From an uncultured delta proteobacterium (GTDB lineage Bacteria; Myxococcota; UBA727; VGSZ01), in NCBI GenBank assembly GCA_963775425.1, contig CAVZJB010000016.1:480001-544000 (forward strand): DNA of 64,000 nucleotides, written 5' to 3'. The translations under genes were made by a program, and so were the position numbers. The notes under the pieces were generated by a model. The model was not told the origin of the DNA and ran no database searches. It saw nothing but the letters and a program-made list of their open reading frames with translations. The number at the start of each line of letters is the position of its first letter. The stretch's first letter is position 1. This document shows, piece after piece, positions 21,982 through 29,107 of this stretch.

Positions 21982-23357
21982 GAAAACAGCTCCGCGACCG
22001 GCGCCTTGCCCACGAGGGACGCGCCGTCGATGCCCTGGACGTCGAGGAGCGTGGCGAGGAACGAGCGGATGTCCACCGTGCCCTCCACCGCGTTCATCTG
22101 CTCGTCGGTGTGGCCGATGAGCTTGCCCCCTTGCGTCACCGCGCCGCCCATCACCGCGAGCGCCTGGTTGCGCGCGGGGCCGTCGCCGGTGGGCACGTGG
22201 TCGCTGCCGTTACCGGAGTTGAAGCCCGTCTCCTCGAACGTGTTGTTGCGGGAGAACTCGCTGAGCGTGACGACGAGGGTCTTGTCCCAATAGGTGCCGC
22301 CCTCGGGGTGCGGCATCTGCTTGAGCAGGAAGCTCAGCCCGGTCAACTGCCGGACGAGGTCCTCGCTGCGCGCGGCGTAGGCGTCGTGCTCGATGTCGTG
22401 CATGTCGTAGATGGCGCGCGTCACCGCGCACATGGGCGATCCCCCGGAGAAGCAGCGCAGCGCGAGCGCGACGTCGCCGCCCCAGGAGCGGATGCCCGGC
22501 TGCGGGTCCCCGATGTCGGCGAGGTCGTGGTCGCCGAGCACCTCGATGAGCTGCGCGTTGCTCACGCCGGCGTCGACGGCCTCGGGGTGGCCGAACACGT
22601 CGAGCTTGGGGTCGAGGAGCATGTGCGAAAAGACGCCCGCGTTCTGCTTGGCGATGCGGTAGTTGCGCAGCCGCTTGCTGTAGGCGCGGCTCCTGCGCGC
22701 GAGGAACTTCTCGTCGAGTCCCTTGCGCAGGTCGGAATGCCACCCGTCCTTCACGCTCAGCGCGCTCGCGGCGCCGGAGCGCGCGCCGAGGAGCGTGAGC
22801 GGACGGCGCTCGCCGTAGATGCCTGCGCCGAGGCCCATGTCCGTGGGCACGATCTCGACGGGAGGCATCACGTCCTGGCTGAAGCCGTCGGCGTACAGCG
22901 CGTGGTGGAAGCCCACGAGCGACAGGATGCCGGTCTCCCCCTCGGTGAAGCCCGTGGACGCGCGGCGGTGGCCCGCGACGTGGTCCACCTCCACAGGCCC
23001 GTCGGGGTTCTGATCCACGCAGGCGAGCACGGCGACGTCGGCAGTGACGTCGGCGAACGCGGGGACCTCGCCGAGCGACGACGCGTAGGACTTGCGGCCG
23101 CACGCGGCGCCGAGCGTCCACTCCGTGCCGTCGGCGGCGGGCTGCGTGCCGAAGGGGTTGTGCTGGAAGGCGCCCACCGCGTTGAAGGTGCAGTGCGAGC
23201 GGAAGCCGCCCTGCGCGTTCAAGACGAGCACGTGGCGCACGGCGCCGAAGGCCTCCGTGGCGGCGCGGGCGCGCTTGGGCAGCAACAGCGTGGGAGCCGC
23301 GGCGACGGCGGCCGACGAGGCGGCGAGCTTCAGGAAGGAGCGGCGTTTGATCTTCAT
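21978..23357 (-). CDS. Tat-exported DUF1501 family protein
   Basis: KRRSFLK Tat signal, VLNAQGG, YDMH, TLVVTLSEFSR, GSDH, MGGAVTQG. Confidence 0.85.
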   Translation of the reverse strand: MKIKRRSFLKLAASSAAVAAAPTLLLPKRARAATEAFGAVRHVLVLNAQGGFRSHCTFNAVGAFQHNPFGTQPAADGTEWTLGAACGRKSYASSLGEVPAFADVTADVAVLACVDQNPDGPVEVDHVAGHRRASTGFTEGETGILSLVGFHHALYADGFSQDVMPPVEIVPTDMGLGAGIYGERRPLTLLGARSGAASALSVKDGWHSDLRKGLDEKFLARRSRAYSKRLRNYRIAKQNAGVFSHMLLDPKLDVFGHPEAVDAGVSNAQLIEVLGDHDLADIGDPQPGIRSWGGDVALALRCFSGGSPMCAVTRAIYDMHDIEHDAYAARSEDLVRQLTGLSFLLKQMPHPEGGTYWDKTLVVTLSEFSRNNTFEETGFNSGNGSDHVPTGDGPARNQALAVMGGAVTQGGKLIGHTDEQMNAVEGTVDIRSFLATLLDVQGIDGASLVGKAPVAELFS

Positions 23358-23372
23358 GCGTTCACCCGTCCT

Positions 23373-25028
23373 TCAACGAAAGAGGAATTCGGCGCTGCCC
23401 GCGATGGCGGTGCAGGCCTCGGAGATGAGCTCGTCCTTGCTGACCCCCGGCGGGGCCGCCGCCTCGATGGCCGCGACGTCATCGTCGGTGGCGGGCCGTG
23501 ACAGCATCAGCGGCACCAGGTGCTCCATCACGGAGCGCGGCGTGACGTCGCCGCCGGGGACCGCGAGGTCGTCGACGCCGGGCGCGCAGAACGCCTGGGC
23601 GATGCCCTCCTGCAGGATGGCGTACGACACGCCCGCCGGCTTCTGGCGCGTGGCCTGGAAGCCGGGACAGCCGCCGAGCATGCGCGCGTACTGCGTGTAC
23701 GTGGTGTCGTAGACGAGCACGCCGTTGAAGGGCGTCAGCCGGCCCCGGTCCTCGCGCATGTCGAAGAGCCGCTGCGCCATCTCGTTGTTCTGCTGCGCGG
23801 TGATGGTGCCGTCCTGCACCGCCTGGAGGAGCTGGAAGTACGGGAAGCCGTCGCCGTAGCGGTTGTCGCAGCCGCCCATGTCGTACGACGTCACCTGCTG
23901 AAGCCCCGCGAGCCAGACCTCCGCAGGCACGGACTTGGACGGCCCGACGAGCAGGGGCGGCGGCGGGTCGGCGCCGTCGTCGTCGACGCTGACGCCGTCC
24001 TTGACGTCGGACGTCTGCGTGTACAGCCACGACGTGAGCACCATGCGCTCCGCGCCGGGGTAGTCGCCGGTGTCGGTGAGGTAGTCCGCGATCACCTGGC
24101 GGACCTCGGGGAAGAGGAAGCCCGGCGTGCGCAGGTCCCGCTCGCCCTCGTCCCAGTCGAGGAAGCGGTTGAGGATGTCGTCGGCGGCGGCCTCGGCGAA
24201 GGTGGGCTGCGACACGAAGAGCTCGCCGGGCACGCGCAGCACCGCGCGGGTGGCGTCGTCGAGGTCCTCCATCGCGATCCCGTCGTAATTCGTCCGAACG
24301 GACTCCGGAAACTCGAGCGCCGCGCCGCCGAGCATCGTCGTCGAGCAGCGCGCGAGCGGCTCACACAGGCCCGGGGTGATCACCGGGGTGTAGCGGTAGA
24401 GCACGGGGAAGTCGGGGTCGGCGTCGTAGCGCACGAGCCACTCGCGAAAGAGCGCGGCCAGCTCCGCCTCCTCCGCCTCCGTCGACGGCCGCCCCATGAA
24501 CGTGCGGAACACGCGCCGCACGCGGCCGCGGGCGTCGAGGTCGGTCAGATCGGTCATGAGGCCGGGGTGCGCGATGGCCTCGATGGCGAACTCGGCGTAG
24601 TCGAGCTCGCCCCTCTGCATCTGATCCACGAGCCCGTAGAGGTCCTTCAAAGAGCGCCAGTCGCCGACGACGTCGTTGAGTTGGAAGCGGTTGGCCCAGT
24701 GCCGCTCGCTCGTGACGAGGTAGTCGTCGGTGCCCTGCATCTCGAGGACGACCTCGTCGAGCGGGCGCCCGCTGCAGGTGGCGTCGGCCTCGTCGGCGCT
24801 CATCGGGCGCCCGAGCAGATCGACGGCGAGCCGCGCGCAGAGCTCCCGGGGCGTCGCGATCTTCGGCTCGACCTTCAGCGCGCGAAACGACGGCAACAGC
24901 GACGCGTTGATGGGGTTGTCGATATCGCACGCCTGACAGAACGACGGCGGCGCCGCGGCCTGCTGCTGCGGGCAGCCGGCGGCGGCGAAGAGCGCGGCGG
25001 GAGCGAGGCAGATCAGAACGCGGCGCAT
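23373..25028 (-). CDS. Lipoprotein, DUF1549/DUF1585-like partner of DUF1501
   Basis: Lipobox AAGC, RLAVDLLGRP, FMGRP, LSRP, C-terminal SAEFLF; directly upstream of DUF1501. Confidence 0.7.
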   Translation of the reverse strand: MRRVLICLAPAALFAAAGCPQQQAAAPPSFCQACDIDNPINASLLPSFRALKVEPKIATPRELCARLAVDLLGRPMSADEADATCSGRPLDEVVLEMQGTDDYLVTSERHWANRFQLNDVVGDWRSLKDLYGLVDQMQRGELDYAEFAIEAIAHPGLMTDLTDLDARGRVRRVFRTFMGRPSTEAEEAELAALFREWLVRYDADPDFPVLYRYTPVITPGLCEPLARCSTTMLGGAALEFPESVRTNYDGIAMEDLDDATRAVLRVPGELFVSQPTFAEAAADDILNRFLDWDEGERDLRTPGFLFPEVRQVIADYLTDTGDYPGAERMVLTSWLYTQTSDVKDGVSVDDDGADPPPPLLVGPSKSVPAEVWLAGLQQVTSYDMGGCDNRYGDGFPYFQLLQAVQDGTITAQQNNEMAQRLFDMREDRGRLTPFNGVLVYDTTYTQYARMLGGCPGFQATRQKPAGVSYAILQEGIAQAFCAPGVDDLAVPGGDVTPRSVMEHLVPLMLSRPATDDDVAAIEAAAPPGVSKDELISEACTAIAGSAEFLFR

Positions 25029-25160
25029 GCGGCCCCCTCGAAGACTGGCGTTAGACACAGCAAACCACATGCCGCGAAAAAGCGTGCGTCGCGCGCACGC
25101 TCCGAGGGCGCCCATGTCGTCGTGGGTGCGGCGAGAGGCGCGGCCGCGGCACACGGATCA

Positions 25161-25377
25161 GCGACCGGAGGGAGCGGCCGCGCTCGAGAAGCGACCGGAG
25201 GGAGCGGCCGCGCTCGAGAAGCGACCGGAGGGAGCGGCCGCGCTCGAGAAGCGACCGGAGGGAGCGGCCGCGCTCGAGAAGCGACCGGAGGGAGCGGCCG
25301 CGCTCGAGAAGCGACCGGAGGGAGCGGCCGCGCTCGAGAAGCGACCGGAGGGAGCGGCCGCGCTTGAGAAGCGACCG
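25161..25377. repeat. Intergenic tandem array, 7 x 30 bp GCGACCGGAGGGAGCGGCCGCGCTCGAGAA plus a partial unit
   Basis: Six identical units, a 7th with one C>T, and a 7-bp partial; GATCA on both flanks (25156, 25379). Confidence 0.97.
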
Positions 25378-25380
25378 CGA

Positions 25381-26238
25381 TCAACCGGCCTGGCCGGTCT
25401 TGTACTTCTCGAAGGTCGGGTTGCCCTGGAGGCTCTTGAGGTCCGGATCGGACTGAAGGGTGTTGAGCTGGACGTAGCCGTTGAGCAGCGCGATGCGCAG
25501 GTAGCGGAGGGCCTGGGCGGTATCCCCCTTGAGCGCGTAGACGCAGGCGATGTTGTAGTAGGCGTCGCCGATGGCCGGGTTGGCCTCGATGGCCTTCTTG
25601 TACCAGTCGAGCGCCTCGTCGTAGCGCTCGCGGGCGTAATACGTGACGCCGACACCGATGTATCCCTCGGCGTAGTTCGGGTCCACCTTGGTGGCCTCGA
25701 TGAACTTGGCGCGCGCCGCCTCGGCGTCGCCGTCGTTCTCCTTGAGGGTGGCGTTGGCCTCGGCCGCGAGCTTCTCCGCCCGCTGCCGCGGGGTGCCGCT
25801 CCCCTTGCTGACGCTCGCGGCGTGGCCGGCGCGCGCCGACTTGCGGAAGGCCACGGAGTCGCCCTTGAGCGGCGTCTCGCACTTGCCCGTCTCGAGGTGG
25901 ACGGCGCCCGAGAGCGCGGCGCCGCCGTGCGTGATGAGCAGCATGGCGGCGCCCTGCACGGGCCCGCTGCAGCCGGTGCCGACCTTGCACGCGTGCAACG
26001 TGCCCACGATGGAGTCGTCGAGGCGAGAGCCGTCGAGGACCTTTTGGCCCTTGGGGAAGCCGCACGGGTTCTTCTTTTCGGCGATGGTGCCCGTGACGAT
26101 GCCGCCCTTCTCCCGGACGGCCACCCGGCCGAGCGGCGAGCTGAACGTGCCCGAAAGCGGCCCCGCGATCGCGGGCGCCGCCGCCGTGACGCCGGAGATG
26201 AGCAAGGTTGCATAAGCGAATTGACGCATCGGCATCAC
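25381..26238 (-). CDS. Secreted TPR-containing protein
   Basis: Signal peptide, DPNYAEGY..G, YKKAIEANP, AYYNIACVYAL, DPDLKSL. Confidence 0.85.
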   Translation of the reverse strand: MMPMRQFAYATLLISGVTAAAPAIAGPLSGTFSSPLGRVAVREKGGIVTGTIAEKKNPCGFPKGQKVLDGSRLDDSIVGTLHACKVGTGCSGPVQGAAMLLITHGGAALSGAVHLETGKCETPLKGDSVAFRKSARAGHAASVSKGSGTPRQRAEKLAAEANATLKENDGDAEAARAKFIEATKVDPNYAEGYIGVGVTYYARERYDEALDWYKKAIEANPAIGDAYYNIACVYALKGDTAQALRYLRIALLNGYVQLNTLQSDPDLKSLQGNPTFEKYKTGQAG

Positions 26239-26346
26239 GCGGCTCCGTGTCGGATCTCTGACGACAGCATACGCTCGCCATTCACCGCGCGGTCAGCGCG
26301 CGTCGTGCATCCGCCGGATGGATCCCGAACATCCGCGACGAGAACG

Positions 26347-26376
26347 TTGACACCGCGAGGCCGCCGCTCGTACCGT
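26347..26376 (+). promoter_or_regulatory. Putative sigma70 promoter of zapA
   Basis: TTGACA-18 nt-TACCGT; GAGGGG RBS before ATG 26407. Confidence 0.45.
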
Positions 26377-26406
26377 CGCACTCTCGCATTTGCCGACGAG
26401 GGGACG

Positions 26407-26784
26407 ATGAAGCGGAAGGTCGACGTCACTCTCCTCGGCCACCGCTTCACGGTTCGTACAGAGAGAGACGAGGCCTGGGTCCAGCGGCTCGCCGCGCACC
26501 TCGCGCGCCGCCTCGAGGACGCGCGCCGCCAGATGCGCACGGCCTCGCGGGAGGAGCAGGTGCTCTTCGTCGCCCTCGGCCTCGCCGACGAGCTCTTCGA
26601 AGAGGTCGAGCGCTCCGCCGGCGCCCGCGCCGAGGTGCGCCGGCACACCGAGGCGATGATCGGCAAGCTCTCCGCCGTCCTCGGCGAAGCGGCGCTGCGA
26701 GATGGGGCGCTCCGCGAAGCTGCCCTCGGGGATCTCGTCGAGGATGACAGCGACGAGGTCGCGGTCGTCCACCGTCAGATCTGA
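26407..26784 (+). CDS. zapA: Cell division protein ZapA
   Basis: VDVTLLGHRFTVR, VALGLADEL, coiled coil; upstream of 6S RNA-ygfA. Confidence 0.85.
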   Translation: MKRKVDVTLLGHRFTVRTERDEAWVQRLAAHLARRLEDARRQMRTASREEQVLFVALGLADELFEEVERSAGARAEVRRHTEAMIGKLSAVLGEAALRDGALREAALGDLVEDDSDEVAVVHRQI

Positions 26785-26824
26785 CCTTTTCGCGGATCGG
26801 GCGTTCGTCCGGCATGTCTCAGCG

Positions 26825-26853
26825 CTGACGTCGTCACCCGTCGGTGTTAGATT
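26825..26853 (+). promoter_or_regulatory. Putative sigma70 promoter of 6S RNA
   Basis: CTGACG-17 nt-TAGATT with extended -10 TG, 7 nt upstream of the RNA stem. Confidence 0.55.
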
Positions 26854-26860
26854 GATCCTT

Positions 26861-27027
26861 GCCGGAGGGCCGCGTCGGGAAAAATGCTCTGAACCGTACT
26901 CATGTCTTCGGGAGCCGCTCCGTACGGGTTTGTGCAAGCTGCCACGTCGCAGAAGCCTTCCCCCGTACTCTTGTGCACCCACCTGGTTGAGCCAGGTTCA
27001 AGACATCGTCCCCGAACGGCCTCCGGC
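26861..27027 (+). ncRNA. ssrS: 6S RNA
   Basis: zapA-[ ]-ygfA synteny; closing stem GCCGGAGGGCCG..TCGGG / CCCGAACGGCCTCCGGC; TGAACC/GGTTCA and GTGCAAG/CTTGTGCAC inner stems; lower GC; T-run after the 3' end. Confidence 0.88.
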
Positions 27028-27035
27028 GTTTTTGT

Positions 27036-27199
27036 TCGGTCGGCCATCGCCGACCTCACGAGCGCGCTTCGCGCGCTTCGCGCGCGGCTCGCTCCGCTCG
27101 CGGGCGGCTCCCGAGGTCGCCTTTGTTGCCGGAGCGACTTCGGCGGCTGCCTCCGCCGCGCTTCGGATCTTCAGGGGGCGCCTTCGCGATGACGACCGA
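27036..27199. other. Structured intergenic element with imperfect terminal inverted repeats (MITE/REP-like)
   Basis: TCGGTCGGCCATCGC / GCGATGACGACCGA outer stem, CGACCTC/GAGGTCG inner stem, GCGCGC-TTC-GCGCGC hairpins. Confidence 0.5.
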
Positions 27200-27262
27200 C
27201 GATGTGACGCGCAAGCGGGGTTGCGGCGCGGGGACCGACCGCGCGCCCGGCAGAGCCGGCTC

Positions 27263-27856
27263 GTGTTGACCGGCGATCTCCTCGGAGACAAGCGCGCGCT
27301 CCGGTCGCGCATGCGCGCGGTCCTCGCCGCCCTCGACGAGGCTTCGCGCGACGCCGCCGCCCGCACCGTCGTCGCGCCGCTCCTCGCCGTCGCCGGCGGC
27401 GGGCCCGTCGCGCTCTTCGCGTCGATGGGCCACGAGCTGTCCACGGAGCCCCTCGACGAGGCGCTGCGCGCCCACGGCGTCGCCCGCGTGCTGCCGCGCG
27501 TGACCGGCGACGAGCTCGTCTTCCGCGCCGTCCCCGGCGACGTGCGCGCCGCCGCCCTGCCCCCCGCGCACTTCGGGGCCCCCGAGCCTCCCGCCGACGA
27601 CCACCGCTTCCCCGTCGTCGACCTCGCCCGCTGCAGCGCCGTCGTCGTCCCCGGCCTCGCCTTCGACGGCGACGGGTGGCGCATCGGCTACGGCAGGGGC
27701 TTCTACGACCGCGCCCTCGCCGGCGTCGACCTCGAGCGCGTCGTCGGCGTCGGCTACGACCAGCAGCTCGTCGACCGCGTCCCCCACGGCCCCGGCGACG
27801 TGCGCCTGCGCCGCCTGTGCGCGCCCTCGAACGGCGTGTTTCGGGTCCCGCGCTGA
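27263..27856 (+). CDS. ygfA: 5-formyltetrahydrofolate cyclo-ligase
   Basis: [44 protein letters not shown]. Confidence 0.92.
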   Translation: MLTGDLLGDKRALRSRMRAVLAALDEASRDAAARTVVAPLLAVAGGGPVALFASMGHELSTEPLDEALRAHGVARVLPRVTGDELVFRAVPGDVRAAALPPAHFGAPEPPADDHRFPVVDLARCSAVVVPGLAFDGDGWRIGYGRGFYDRALAGVDLERVVGVGYDQQLVDRVPHGPGDVRLRRLCAPSNGVFRVPR

Positions 27857-27875
27857 TCTGCTAGCGGCGGACCAT

Positions 27876-29087
27876 ATGCACGAATTCCGGTCCGTCGACG
27901 ATCAACTGGAGATCCTCAAGCACGGCATCGTGGATCTCGAGGTGGAGGCGGAGCTTCGAAAGAAGCTCGAGCAGTCGCGGCTCGAGAACCAGCCGCTGTC
28001 CATCAAGCTCGGCTGCGATCCCACGGCGCCCGATCTGCACCTCGGCCACACCGTCGTCATCAACAAGCTCAAGCAGTTCCAACAGCTCGGCCACAAGATC
28101 GTCTTCCTCATCGGCGACTTCACCGCCCGCATCGGCGACCCTACGGGCAAGAGCGCCACGCGCCCGCCGCTGTCCGAAGACGAGATCCTCGCGAACGCCG
28201 CCACCTACAAGCGGCAGGTCTTCAAGATCCTCGACGAGGACAAGACCGAGATCCGCTTCAACTCCGAGTGGCTCGGCAAGATGGGCTTCGACGACGTCAT
28301 CCGCCTCGCCGCCAGGTACTCGCTGGCGCGGATGCTCGAGCGCGACGACTTCGAGAAGCGCCTCGAGGAGCAGACGCCCATCTCGGTGCACGAGATCCTC
28401 TACCCGCTCGCGCAGGGGTACGACTCCGTCGCCCTCAAGAGTGACGTCGAGCTCGGCGGCACCGACCAGCGCTTCAACCTGCTCGTCGGGCGGGACCTCA
28501 TGCGCGGCTACGGACTCGACCCCCAGTGCATCATGACCATGCCCATCCTCGTGGGCACGGACGGCGTGAAGAAGATGTCCAAGTCGCTCGGCAACTACGT
28601 CGGCGTCGAGGAGGACCACGACTCGCAGTTCGGCAAGATCATGAGCGTGCCGGACGAGACCATGTGGTCCTGGTACACGCTGCTGTCCGACCGCTCCATC
28701 GCCGAGGTCAGCGAGCTGAAGCGCCGGCACCCGCGCGACGCCAAGGTCTCGCTGGCCAAGGAGATCGTCGCGCGCTTCCACGGCCCGGTCGCAGCCGAGC
28801 AGGCGGCGGCCGAATTCACGCGCCGCTTCAGCCCCGAGAACAAAAACGAGATCCCCGAGGACGCCCCCAGCTTCACGCTCGACGCCGCCGGCGCCGGCAT
28901 GCCGCTCGTGCGCGCGCTCGTGGAGACCAACCTCGTGGCGTCCAACTCGGAGGCGCGCCGGATGATCGCGCAAGGCGCCGTCGCCGTGGACGGCGAGCGG
29001 GTCAACGACCCCAAGGCCGAGCTCGCCGTCGGCACGCACGCCATCAAGGTGGGCAAGCTGCGCTGGGCCCGCGTCGTCCTCGCCTGA
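27876..29087 (+). CDS. tyrS: Tyrosine--tRNA ligase
   Basis: [33 protein letters not shown]-terminal S4 domain. Confidence 0.97.
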   Translation: MHEFRSVDDQLEILKHGIVDLEVEAELRKKLEQSRLENQPLSIKLGCDPTAPDLHLGHTVVINKLKQFQQLGHKIVFLIGDFTARIGDPTGKSATRPPLSEDEILANAATYKRQVFKILDEDKTEIRFNSEWLGKMGFDDVIRLAARYSLARMLERDDFEKRLEEQTPISVHEILYPLAQGYDSVALKSDVELGGTDQRFNLLVGRDLMRGYGLDPQCIMTMPILVGTDGVKKMSKSLGNYVGVEEDHDSQFGKIMSVPDETMWSWYTLLSDRSIAEVSELKRRHPRDAKVSLAKEIVARFHGPVAAEQAAAEFTRRFSPENKNEIPEDAPSFTLDAAGAGMPLVRALVETNLVASNSEARRMIAQGAVAVDGERVNDPKAELAVGTHAIKVGKLRWARVVLA

Positions 29088-29107
29088 CGAGCCACGGGCG
29101 GAGCCCG

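Noticed and set aside
25161-25377. 30-bp repeats as a CRISPR array
   Set aside because: Units are directly adjacent with no unique spacers, and there are no cas genes in the window.
25013-26406. Long ORFs running through the array (25027..26784 +, 25013..26281 -, 25158..26213 -)
   Set aside because: They are open only because the 30-bp unit lacks stops; the real genes are the TPR protein and zapA from 26407.
26847-27192. Small ORFs over the zapA-ygfA intergenic region
   Set aside because: They overlap the 6S RNA and structured element and have atypical codon usage.
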